Part shown: positions 51,401-61,055 of the stretch, in pieces
Numbering within the stretch: the stretch's first letter is position 1
Layout: every line of letters begins with the position of its first letter
NCBI GenBank assembly: GCA_965224085.1
Contig: CBDCYI010000005.1
Span: forward strand, 576,001-640,000
DNA from: Candidatus Marinacidobacterales bacterium
GTDB taxonomy: Bacteria; Acidobacteriota; Vicinamibacteria; Marinacidobacterales; SMYC01
Direction: 5' to 3'
Length of the DNA stretch: 64,000 bases
The notes under the pieces: generated by a model
Database searches by the model: none
Told to the model about the DNA's origin: nothing
The model's input: only the letters and a program-made list of their open reading frames with translations
Made by a program: the position numbers and the translations under genes

Positions 51401-51698
51401 CGACGGGACGTTCGTAGCCCTCGAAGAGAAGATCGTGCAGCTCAAGATCACCGGGACCGGCCAAGACCGCGTGCGCTGGCCGATGCGCGTCGCGGGACGG
51501 GTCGCCTATCTCGCGAGCGCCGTGGCGGTCGCGGACTTTCCCCCCACGGATCAACACCGCGAGGTGCATCAAGTCCTGAGCGGCCGCTACGCGGAGTACC
51601 AAATCGAGCTGGATCGATTGCTCAACAATGAGCTTCCTGCGTTCAATCGAACGCTGGAAGAAAACGGTCTCCCCCGCGTGGTCACGGGGGGCGAGTGA
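48498..51698 (+). CDS. VPS10/sortilin-like BNR-repeat glycosyl hydrolase
   Basis: Repeated SxDGGxTW Asp-boxes; signal peptide; DYHDLWIDP. Confidence 0.9.
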   Translation: MLAKILPLFLLVAVPLAAQDVSEELYQDLKYRHIGPVGNRVAAVAGVAGDPLTYYAGAASGGIWKSEDGGEYWRPIFDDHPEHAIGALAVAPSDAQIVWAGTGEPHIRSNVSIGSGVYKSTDGGETWTKMGLAWPSRTARVLIHPKNPDIVYVAALGHSHGPQAERGIFRTMDGGETWEHVLFVDENTGASSLEMSPNNPRILFAGMWNVQVHTWGRESGGSGSGIYMSRDSGDTWTKLEGNGLPELPVGKVDICLTPADSNRIYALIETGDGVPWHGEKTESGELWRSDDGGKNWRLMTHDRNLGGRTGYYNNCVVLPDDPDEVLFLTAAFVRSIDGGRTGIPLRGRQRPGGDYHDLWIDPTDGNRMIVGNDGGTAVTMTRGKSWHRVQLPIAQMYHVTADNAIPYNVMGNRQDGPSTRGPSRSRTRGFGGGSIPRGMWHSVGGGESGFASPDPTDPNIIWSSASGAGARGGIVVRYNETTRQFRQVEVWPESTGGWPAAELRYRFQWTFPLLISPHDNNTVFVTSQNVHRTTNGGQSWDVISPDLTTDDKSRQGISGGLTPDNIGVEYCCVIYAFDESPAQAGVLWAGSNDGMVHVSRDGGTSWADVTGNLPDLPPDGVVRGIDASKWDAAKAYLAIEHHQQGNFDPHVYKTDDYGASWTKIVDGITDSPLSYARAVIEDPVRPGLLYLGTENAVYVSFNDGELWKPLQNNLPASPNYGLVVQEHFNDLVVGTYGRGFWILDDVSPLQQLTDEVASSEAHLFEPKPAYRFRPITSPMSMPNDPSVGENPPEGASINYWLSGEAEEGVCLEIQSAAGDTLRTLSGTNHPGINRVWWDFRGEPSTEIKLRTAPQYADWVELNQDRWRPAFVGRISVVEPPGTYTVVLKVGEHAMRQTLEVLKDPSSEGSEADIRVQTEMVRTLRDELNAVAESINKIEWIRRQLEDLQAVAEDLGNNAAAIVSSAQELDGTFVALEEKIVQLKITGTGQDRVRWPMRVAGRVAYLASAVAVADFPPTDQHREVHQVLSGRYAEYQIELDRLLNNELPAFNRTLEENGLPRVVTGGE

Positions 51699-51879
51699 GC
51701 TACGAGCTCGTGCCACGAGCGCCGGGCGTCGCGGATTATCGGCGCGTTCGCCTCGCCGCAGGGCTTCAAGACAGAGGCATCGACGCGGCGGAGCTGGGGC
51801 TCAGCAACATATCTGGACTCCTCAATCAACACCTTTCTCAAAAAAGTCTTCCTCAGAGCTGCTCGTCCAAATCGGTGAC

Positions 51880-52050
51880 GAGTGGGTCAGACTGCAAACA
51901 TATCTACGGCCTCAGTGAGGAGCGTCTTGGGTGCTCCGGGCCATGACGGAAAATCCGCGCGCGAGGAGCCAATCACTTTGAGCGACCTCTGAGGGCCAGT
52001 GTTGCTATCGGCTTGACCCCGCGCCGGTCCGACCGGTACGCCATCAGTTG
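51880..52050 (-). ncRNA. Putative bridge RNA/seekRNA of the IS1111 element (boundaries approximate)
   Basis: Guide-like segments match the target (AGCAACACT, AAGTG) and the donor junction (TTCCGTCAT, AGATATG). Confidence 0.7.
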
Positions 52051-52109
52051 GATGGGTATCGTCGCAGCCTCTGTTGGAAGGGAAGAAGGAAAACACGAAA
52101 GTGGAGCCT

Positions 52110-53144
52110 CTATGCGGCCGCGGGCACCGACTGGAATTCACTCTCGCGGGTGGAGACGGCCCAGACTATCCGGGCGAGTTTGTTGGCGACAGCAATCGCG
52201 GCTTTGTTGTGTCCCCGCGAGCGGTGGACCTTCCGCGCCCAGGCGCGGAGCTTGTCGGGCGGGCTCTTGCTGACGTTGGCCGCTCGGAGCACGGCGCGTC
52301 CGCCCTGCGTGAGGAGCGTACGGAGGTAGGAGTCGCCACGCTTGGTGATGCGCCCGAGGCGGCGAATGTCACCACTGGAGTTCTCTTTGGGAACGAGGCC
52401 GAGGTAACTCGAGAAGCGGCGTCCCGATGGGAAGCGGCGCAGATCCCCAACGAAGCCGACGATGGCGGTCGCGGTCAGAAGTCCGATGCCGGGAATGGTG
52501 AGAAGTCGTTGCACCTCAGGAAGCTGCTTGGCGAGCGCCTTGAGCTCGTGCTCGATGCCAGCGCACTTGTCCTTGAGCTCTCGAATCTCGGAGCACGCAT
52601 CACGCAGGTGCGGACGGAGCACGTCGGGCAAATCAGAATCAGCGTCTTCGACGAGCTCGGAGATGGCGGGCACGACGAAGTGAGCGCCCTTGGGGATGAA
52701 GAGTCCGAGCTCGCGCAGGATCCCGCGTACGGCATTGATGCGTGCGGTCCGTGTGGAGAGCCATCCTGAGCGTAGGCGATGGAGCGCGGCGAGGGTGTGC
52801 TGGCGCACGGACTTGATGGGCACCGAAAGAATCTCCTCGTTCCGGTAAGCCTCGAGCAAAGCTTTGGTGTCCGCGCGGTCGTTCTTGCTCCCGCGTCGAT
52901 ACGGCCTTACGAGGTGAGGTGGGAGCAGGACGACGTCGTGTCCCAACCGTTGCAACGTCCTTGCTCAGAAGTGAGCCGAGCCGCAGGCTTCAAGAAGCAC
53001 GGTGGCAGCGCTCTGTTTTGCAAAAAACGACACCAACTTGGGTCGACTCACACGGAGTTGCTTGGACACCTTCCCCGCTTCGCGCGAGATGGCAATCTCG
53101 AAGACGTTCTTTGCAAGATCCACAGCGATCGTCGTATCTTTCAT
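52110..53144 (-). pseudogene. IS110 DEDD recombinase with an in-frame TGA at 52965-52967
   Basis: AVDLAK, LEAC, KNDRAD, IPGIG, GLVP..NSSG; AHF*ART where AHFWAR is expected. Confidence 0.9.
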
Positions 53145-53531
53145 TCGGACTCCTCCTTTTTCGATGCGTTCTTTCGACTGACTTTGGCACATCGATGCCG
53201 TCTATGTCAGCGGAGGAGTCCATCCCATCACTTGATACGGCGTCTCCATCCTCGACGACGGCGAGGTCGTCGGGATGGGGCGCGTCATTAGTAAACGGGG
53301 AGACGGCGGCTGTTTTTTCCAAGTCGTCGACATCGCCGTGGTGCCGGAACATCAAGGCCGAGGCTTGGGTACGCGGATCATGAAAGCACTCGTCCACCGT
53401 CTGCAGCACCACGCACCACCGTCCGCTTATGTCAGCTTGATCGCCGATGGCAACGCCCATCGCTTGTACAGCAAGTTTGGATTCGCGGCGACGGCGCCTG
53501 AGTCGATCGGCATGTATCTCAAAATTTGACG

Positions 53532-54195
53532 ATGGCGAACGACGCGGCCCAAGAGCAATGGTCGTCTCAGCGCGCCTTTCTACTTGCAGCCGTGGGAAGC
53601 GCTGTCGGTCTCGGAAACATTTGGCGCTTTCCGTACATCACCGGCATCAACGGTGGGGGCGCTTTCGTGCTCGTCTACTGCGCCTGCATCGCGTTGATTG
53701 GCGTCCCCCTTTTGATGGCGGAGATGGCCATCGGTCGCCGCGGCGGCCGAAGCCCCGTCGGCACGATGCGGAGCCTCTCGAAGGAGCACGGCGGCAGCCG
53801 ATTTTGGGAAGGCGTCGGCTGGCAAGCCGTGCTCGCGCCGACCGTCGGGCTCATGTACTACGCCGTTGTCGCCGGGTAGACGATGGACTACGCGTTGTCG
53901 GCCTTGAGCGGCGCGTTCGGAGGCATCACGGATGCGGACGGGGCCGGCGCATTGTTCGGAGCCCTGACCAACAACATCCCACGGATGATGCTGGGGCACG
54001 CGATTTTCATGGGTGTGACGATCGTGATCGTCGCCGCCGGCATCCAGAAAGGCCTCGAGCGCGCCGTGAAGTTTCTCATGCCGTCGCTCGCCGTGCTCGT
54101 CCTCGTCGCCTACACGGCGCTGACGGCCGACTTCATTGGCGCTTTGGCCTTTCTTTTCAAGCCCGACTTCTACAAGCTAACGCCCGCAGTAACAT
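53532..54195 (+). pseudogene. NSS (SNF) sodium-dependent transporter with an internal TAG and 3' truncation
   Basis: GSAVGLGNIWRFPY, GGGAF; TAG at 53877-53879 where VAGW is expected. Confidence 0.9.
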
Positions 54196-54487
54196 AGGCA
54201 TCAGCTTCAGCTTTCGTGACGGAATTCCTGGCAGTGTCAGGCTGGGCGGCCTGCCGAATACTAGCGCCATGAACAGTACTACCGACGATTTTACCCTTTT
54301 CTTTAGCGGCTTAGACCAGACTGCGTTTAACATGACGTACACCGTCGCGACTGAGGTTGGTTTCGTGAACCACGAAACCCTGGCTGGAAGCTTCACTTTT
54401 TCCGAATTACCCGAACCCTCGACCCTCTTTCTCCTCGGCACCGGGGTTGTCGGGCTCGCGGGCTACGCGCGGAACAGAAAGCGCTAG
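54190..54487 (+). pseudogene. PEP-CTERM protein, C-terminal fragment
   Basis: LPEPSTLFLLGTGVVGLAGYARNRKR* sorting signal; no N-terminus. Confidence 0.8.
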
Positions 54488-55007
54488 CGTCATCAGCGCG
54501 ACCAGGCTTGCAAGCGTTATGGCGGGCGCTCTCGCGCCCTGCCCTCGGCTTTCACGTTCATCGCGGTCGGCGCGGGAGACGTCTCGCCCCGTTGGGCGGT
54601 CGGTCTCGCGGCACGGCGCCAATTACCAGATGGTGCTTGAATGAGAGAATGTCCAACCGGTTAGACATTTCGGCTGACTTGCGCGCGCTAGAAACATAGG
54701 GTCGTCCCCGGTGAGGCTTCCACTTATTCATCCGGCGCGTCCCTATTGATCTTTCTCGCACGCGGGAGTCAGTATCCCATCATGATCTGGTTGCTTCTTC
54801 GGTCACTCATCTCGGCGTTCAAGGCGCGTCGCTCCCTGGCATTTGAGAATCTCGCTCTGCGCCAACAGCTTGCCGTCGTCCAGCGCTCACTGAAACGGCC
54901 TCGGCTCTCGAATCTCGACCGCGGCTTCTGGGTGCTCTTGCACCGAGGACGTGAGAAAAAATTAATACTTGACTAGTGTTATCGCTATGCTTTAGCGTAA
55001 GCCCATC

Positions 55008-55199
55008 ATGGGATACGTGACGAAGCTGCAGGTGATAAAGCGAGCCAACGATACGCGTCAGTTCTATGTGATTTGCCCGTCGCCTTTGGCGCAGGCGCTG
55101 GAGATGGAGCCTGGCGAGGAGCTTGAGTGGGTCGTCGAGGATCGGAACACACTGATAGTTCGTCGGACGCCGCGGGTGAAGCGTGGTAAACGTGGGTAA
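55008..55199 (+). CDS. Small AbrB/MazE-like accessory protein inside IS1182
   Basis: YVICPSPLAQALEMEPGEELEWVVED swapped-hairpin pattern; TTGACT-18-TAGCGT upstream. Confidence 0.7.
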   Translation: MGYVTKLQVIKRANDTRQFYVICPSPLAQALEMEPGEELEWVVEDRNTLIVRRTPRVKRGKRG

Positions 55200-56751
55200 G
55201 AAGCAAGCATCGCTACCTGGTATGCCGAGTCCGCGAAAACGTGGCGATGACGGTGATGAAGGAGCGCGCGCGACACAAGCTCGGTTGAAGGTTGTGGATC
55301 GGGCGCAGCTGCTGTTGCGGACGGTGGACGTTGAGCAGTTGATTCCAGAGGATCACGCAGCGCGAGCGATCTGGGAGTTCGTGGGTCGGCTGGACCTCAG
55401 CGGGTATACGGAGCAGGTCCACTCGGTCGAGGGTGGTGCAGGGCGGCCTGCATTCGATCCGCATCTACTGGTGAGCCTTTGGGTCTACAGCTACAGTCAG
55501 TCGGTGAGTTCGGCGCGCGCGATTGAGCGGCTGTGCGAGCATCACCCGGCGTATCAATGGCTGACGGGAATGCAGAGCATCAGTGCCCATACGCTATCGG
55601 ACTTTCGGGTGACCCATGCCGAGGCGCTGCACGAATTGTTTGTACAAACGTTGGGTCTTTTGAGTGCGGACGGATTGATCACGCTCGAGCGAGTCATGCT
55701 GGATGGGACGCGGATTCGGGCGAACGCATCGGGGAATAGTTTCCGCACGAAGGGTCGAGTCGAGGAATATCTGGAGCATGCACGTAAGGCAGTCGAGGCT
55801 CTTGAAAAGCAGACGGAGGAAGATTCAACGCGCCAGGGACAAGCTGCACATCAACGCGCCGCGCGAGAGAGAAAGGAGCATCTGGAATCAGCGTTGAAGG
55901 AATACGACAAGCTGAAAGCGGCGAAAAGCCGGGTCGACCGCGCAAGCACGACCGATCCGGACGCGCGTGTGATGAAGCAAGCCGAGGGCGGCTCGGCCCC
56001 TAGCTACAACGTGCAGGTCTCAACGGATGCCGCGCATGGCTTGATTGTCGACATCGAAGCCACGCAGGCGGGCAGCGATTATCGGCAGCTGACACCAGCG
56101 ATAGAGCGGATTGAACAGAGCATGCAGCGTGCACCCGAGCAGATGGTCGTGGATGGGGGCTACATCAGTAACAACAACATTACGGAGATGACGAAGCGTG
56201 ACATCGAGCTTATCGGCCCCCAATCCGACAACAAGGCAGCAGTGCTCAATCGGGGTAAGTCGTATAAGCACCACGGAGTGAGTGAGGAATACGAGGCGTC
56301 GAAGTTTGTCTTCGATAAGGGGACGAACACGTATGTGTGCCCGCAGGGCAAGCACCTACGCTACGACGCTAAGCTCGAAAGCCATAGCTCGATGCGCTAT
56401 CGATACAAGGTGTCGAAGCAAGACTGTCAGAGCTGTCCGGCCAAAGATCAATGTTGTCCTCGTACGCGGCACGGCCGCTCGATCGAGCGGAGTGAACCTT
56501 TGCCCGACATCGTCGAGTTCCGATGCAAGATGCAGACCGACGAGGCCAAGGAAATCTACAAGACACGCTCGCAGGTGGCCGAGTTTCCGAACCTCTGGAT
56601 CAAAACCAAGTTCGGCCTGCGGCAGTTTAGCGTGCGCGGAATCACCAAAGTGCGCACCGAATCTCTGTGGACCGCCCTCACTTACAATATCCAGCAATGG
56701 AATCGCCTCAGATGGAGGCCGAAGTTCATATCGAAACTCGCACCGGCATAA
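55183..56751 (+). CDS. IS1182-family transposase
   Basis: GRPAFDP, SARAIE, DGTRIRANAS, TTDPDAR, YNVQ, DGGY, CPQG...CQSCP. Confidence 0.95.
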   Translation: MVNVGKKQASLPGMPSPRKRGDDGDEGARATQARLKVVDRAQLLLRTVDVEQLIPEDHAARAIWEFVGRLDLSGYTEQVHSVEGGAGRPAFDPHLLVSLWVYSYSQSVSSARAIERLCEHHPAYQWLTGMQSISAHTLSDFRVTHAEALHELFVQTLGLLSADGLITLERVMLDGTRIRANASGNSFRTKGRVEEYLEHARKAVEALEKQTEEDSTRQGQAAHQRAARERKEHLESALKEYDKLKAAKSRVDRASTTDPDARVMKQAEGGSAPSYNVQVSTDAAHGLIVDIEATQAGSDYRQLTPAIERIEQSMQRAPEQMVVDGGYISNNNITEMTKRDIELIGPQSDNKAAVLNRGKSYKHHGVSEEYEASKFVFDKGTNTYVCPQGKHLRYDAKLESHSSMRYRYKVSKQDCQSCPAKDQCCPRTRHGRSIERSEPLPDIVEFRCKMQTDEAKEIYKTRSQVAEFPNLWIKTKFGLRQFSVRGITKVRTESLWTALTYNIQQWNRLRWRPKFISKLAPA

Positions 56752-58362
56752 GCGCCAACTGATCGGCGATTGACCACCCAGCCGGACGTTTCACTGCACA
56801 CCATCGAAACTCAAGGCCACCGACCAATCCGCCTTTGCGCGATCATCATCGAGTCCTGGACGTCGCCCTCAGCACAAAATCTGGATTCTTTCTCACGTCC
56901 AGAGTCTGGACTGACTGGGACAGCGTCCTCGTCATCGTGAAGCCCGAAACCGTTGTCCGGTGGCACCGCGCCGGGTTCAGACGCTATTGGACTTGGGAGA
57001 GTCGGAAACGTCGGCCCGGTCGACCAGGCGTCTCTCTGGATGTACGCGAGCTGATCCGGGATATGTGTCGAGCTAACGTCACCTGGGGAGCACCTCGCGT
57101 ACACGGCGAACTCATGAAGCTTGGCATATCCATTTCGCAGGCCGCCGTATCGAAGTACACGGTTCGGCATCGAATACCACCGTCGCAGACCTGGAGGAGC
57201 TTTCTCGACAATCACGTTAAAGATCTGGTCTCCGTCGACAGACTTCTTCACTTTGCCGACAGCAACATTCCGGGTTTTGTTCGTCTTCATCGTGCTTCGT
57301 CACGATCGTCGTCGAATCGTACACTTCAACGTCACAGACCATCCTTCTGCAGAGTGGACCGCGCAGCAGATCGTGAACGCCTTTCCGTGGGATACGGCTC
57401 CGCGTTACATGCTGCGAGACCGAGATGGAGTCTATGGTCCGTACTTCAGCCGGCGCGTCGATGGCCTCGGCGTCGACGAGGTTCGGACGGCGCCGCGCTC
57501 GCCATGGCAAAATCCGTACGTCGAACGGGTGATCGGCAGCATTCCGCCGCGAGTGTCTCGACCATGTGATCGTCCGCGACGAGCGTCGCGTGAGGCGCAT
57601 CCTGCGAGGGTACGTCGACTACTATCATTCGTGCCGGACTCACTTATCGCTGGGGAAGGACGCGCCTGAACCTCGTCCTGTCCAAGCACCGTCGACGGGC
57701 AAAGTGAGCGCCGTTCCGAAGTAGGCGGACTCCATCATTACTACAGGCGCCTCGCAGCCTGAGCTTCCTGGACTTCACGCGATGCCGGCGGTGTCCGCGG
57801 GATGGGCCCGATTCTTGTGATCACCACGACGTTGACCATAGTCTTCGACTCCCGTGAAATCGCAGTTCCGATGGTCGTGTGGCCGGCGTCAACCACTATT
57901 CCCGTCCTGGATCGGGTTTATGGAAGCGGCACGCAAGCGTTTCGTGCCTGGGAGATTTGGGGCAGGTCCCCCCACTGCGCTGCCCTCGATTCCCCACGAC
58001 GCAGCTCACAGATTGTATGATGGCCCACCCGTACAATCGAAAACAGTGAGGATGACGAAAGATCGACACGAAAAAGGGAATCGCTGGGAACAGATAAATT
58101 TGGAGAGCGGAAGCAAGATTGGGATTTGCACCCAACGTGCTCGCATAAGTCACGGGTCAACAAACCCGAGTGATTGCATCGAGCCCCTGAAGCGGCGCCG
58201 GCGGGATTTTACAGCTCGTACGAAGCGTGTTACTTTTGGAGTCGCTTAGAAGGAGCCGCTTCCGGCGCGTTTTTGGGCGGGGTTTCCATTATGCTCGATC
58301 GATAAGCACCAAGCGGGTGACGAGCTTGCTCCAAAGCCGCTTATCGACACGGAAAGGGGGCG

Positions 58363-60826
58363 ATGATGAGACCATCCTGGTCTTCGACGCACAAGCGCGA
58401 GCGCGCCGGTAGCTCGCGCCGACGTGCCTTGCGCCTCGTTTTGGGCGCTTCGCTCCTTTTCCTCTTTGGCTGGGAGCTCGTATCCACACTGAGACCCGCC
58501 GTCCAAGCCCAGGGACGTGCGCGCGGGCGGAAGCTGCGCGTGAAGGATCGCTCGCTGGCAGGCCGACTCCTTAGCCTCGGGGGCCGCCGGGGCCGACTAC
58601 GGCGGCTATCTTCTTTACGACGTGCCGGACAGCGCCGCCCAAGAGCTAGCCGGCCATCCTTCGGTCGAGGCCGTGGACGAGTACCGCTTCGTGTTGCTGA
58701 ACAGCGGTCCCATCGATACCGAAACGAGCGCCGCCGCCGGCCCGCGACGTGCGGCTCCGGAGAACTTCGATGGCAAGCGCTTGCAGATCGTTCAGTTCGT
58801 GGGCCCGTCGCGGCCGGAGTGGATCACCGCTCTCAGCGATACCGGCGCTGATCTCGTCACCTACCTTCCCCATAACGCCTATCTCGTTTACGCCGACGCT
58901 GCCAGCTTGGGTGCACTCACCGAGCTCGAAAGCTCGGATCGCATCCTCCAATGGCAGGCGCCCTATCAGACGGAGCACAAGGTTCATCCGGGCGCTTTCC
59001 GGGCGGCGCAACTCCGCGCTCTCCGTCGCCAAAGGCTCCGGCGATCCGCTGCCGCGCGGGATGAGGACCTCTATGCCGTCCAGCTCGTCGACGACCCGGC
59101 CGCCAACGCCGTTACTATCGGAATGGTCGGTGCCATTTCTAGCGGCGCGCTACGTAGTCAGTTCCGGGTGCGGGACTACCTCAATCTGATCGTCCCGCTC
59201 GAGCCTTCTGACTTGGACGCCGTCGCGGCGCGGCCAGATGTCGTCTCGATCCATCCGTTCGCCGTTCCGGAAAAATCCGGTGAGCGACAAGGCCAGATCA
59301 TGGCTTCCGACCTCACGGGAACGACGCCGGGTATCTAGACTTCCTGGCCGCGAGCGGCTTCACCCAGCAGCAGTTTACGGCATCGGGCTTTGCGGTCGAC
59401 ATTTCCGACAGCGGCATCGACAACGCGACAACGTCACCCAACCACCCCGGCCTCTATATCGGCGGCAATACTTCCGCCCCGAGTCGCGTGCTCTATAACC
59501 GCCTTGAGGGCTCGCCCATCTTCGGTAATACCCTGGAAGGGTGCGACGGGCACGGAAACATCAACGCTCATATCCTAGCCGGCTACAATGACGGGTTCGG
59601 CTTCCCTTTCGCCGACGCCGACGGCTTTCGCTTCGGCCTCGGAGTCGCTCCGTTCGTCAAAGTCGGATCCTCGGTGATCTTCGCGCCGGACTACACCTTC
59701 CCGGATTTCCCCGACCTGCAGTCGAGAGCTTACGCCGACGGCGCCCGTATCAGCAGCAACAGTTGGGGCGGTCTCGTCTACGGGGCCTACGACGTCACCG
59801 CGCAAACCTTCGATGCGCTCGTCCGCGACGCGCAGCCAGCCGGAGCGGCAGTGGCTTCAACTGGAAACCAGGAGATGGTGATAATCGTTGCCGCCGGCAA
59901 CGAAGGCTTCCAGGGCCTCCGCTCTCCGGCAACGGCGAAGAACGTGATTACCGTCGGTGCGAGCGAGAACATCCATTACTTGGGTGACGCGGATGGCTGC
60001 GGCCTCGATGACAGCTTCGCCGACAATGCGGACGACATGGCAGACTTTTTGAGCCGCGGCCCCACAGAGGACGGGCGGATCAAGCCGGACCTGGTCGCTC
60101 CGGGGACGCACGTGAGCGGAGGTGTCTACCAAGCCACCACCCCCGGTGCGACCGGACAGGCGAATGCTTGCTTCGACGGCTCGGGCAATTGCGGGCTCGC
60201 CACCGGCTTCTTCTTCCCCGCCGGTCAGCAGTTCTATGCGACCTCATCGGGCACCAGTCAGCCCGGCCATGACCAAGGGCTTTTTTGATGAGCTCGGCCC
60301 GCTACCTGACGGGTGCGGGGGCGAACGATACACTTTGGTCCAACAGCCAAGGTATGGGTGCGGTGAACCTCGGCGCGGGCCTTCGACACACCGCCCCGGC
60401 TCTTGTACGACCAGCGCCCAGAAGAGATGTTCACCGCCAGCGGCCAGAACTTCACGGTAACCGGCACGATCGCGGAGCCAAGCCGTCCGTTCCGAGTCAC
60501 GCTGGCCTGGACCGACGCACCCGGGTCAACCACCGGTCCGGCCTTCAACAACGACCTGGATCTCACGGTCACGGTGGGCGGCCAGATGTACAAGGGGAAC
60601 GTCTTCTCGGGTGCTTTGTCGACCACGGGTGGCGCCGCGGATATGCGGAACAACGTGGAAGAGCGTCCATCTCCCCGCTGGCACGATCGGGGATTTCACC
60701 GTCTCGGTCAGCGCCTCCAACATCAACTCGGACGGCGTTCCCAATATTGGCGGCAACCTGGATCAGGATTTCGCCCTCGTCGTCGAAAACGGTGACGAAA
60801 TCCCGCGGCCCGCGATCGTCGCTGCA
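58363..60826 (+). pseudogene. S8 subtilisin-like (KP43-type) peptidase with multiple frameshifts and deletions
   Basis: DSGID, HGN, SNSWG, AAGN, KPDLVAPG and SGTS spread over several frames; segment after GTSQ missing. Confidence 0.85.
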
Positions 60827-60971
60827 AGGCATGCGCGTCGAGAAGGTCGATGTGGATGTCGAGGAGGTCGCCGCTTGGTGCACGGCCGCTGGCCGGCCCT
60901 TCGACTCCAAGGCCCGTGCCGAATATGCGAGCGAGACGCTCCGGAAAAGGGATTTGCCAGGCGCCTCCTAA
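60822..60971 (+). pseudogene. C-terminal fragment of a small hypothetical protein
   Basis: QGMRVEKVDVDVEEVAAWCTAAGRPFDSKARAEY, joined to the peptidase remnant. Confidence 0.45.
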
Positions 60972-61055
60972 GAAACTACAACCTGCGATTCAGGCCTTTC
61001 ATTCCATCGATACCGCGATGGAACTCGACGTCAGGGTTTTCCACGAGGACGACGG

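Larger units (their letters stand above)
51810..53230 (-). mobile_element. IS110-family element (IS1111 group)
   Basis: Subterminal IR tggactcctc (51814-51823) / gaggagtcca (53213-53222); CA core at both flanks; long non-coding end downstream of the transposase. Confidence 0.9.
51695..53529 (+). pseudogene. GNAT acetyltransferase split by IS1111
   Basis: Rejoined at the CA core: ...GLSN-T-*-YGVSIL...GMGRVI...VDIAV.PEHQGRGLG; in frame, with a TGA at 53233-53235. Confidence 0.85.
54947..56900 (+). mobile_element. IS1182-family element
   Basis: IR ggacgtgagaaa(a/g)aat, 15/16; the flanks rejoin as the host frame LLHRVWTDW; exact target duplication ambiguous. Confidence 0.9.
54712..57931 (+). 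mobile_element. IS3/IS481-like integrase-core element, interrupted by IS1182 and frameshifted
   Basis: TG...CA imperfect ends (tgaggcttcca / tggaagcggca); VKPETVVRWHRAGF, WGAPRVHGEL, LRDRD, SPWQNPYVER, GGLHH. Confidence 0.85.

Noticed and set aside
53290-53298. 9-bp insert (SKR) in the GNAT RVIGDGG motif as an IS footprint
   Set aside because: Not a duplication of the flanking sequence and too short to assign
52965-53879. Stop-codon reassignment (TGA or TAG read as Trp)
   Set aside because: TGA and TAG end many intact genes, TGG is used normally, and the in-frame stops occur only in IS genes or otherwise damaged genes
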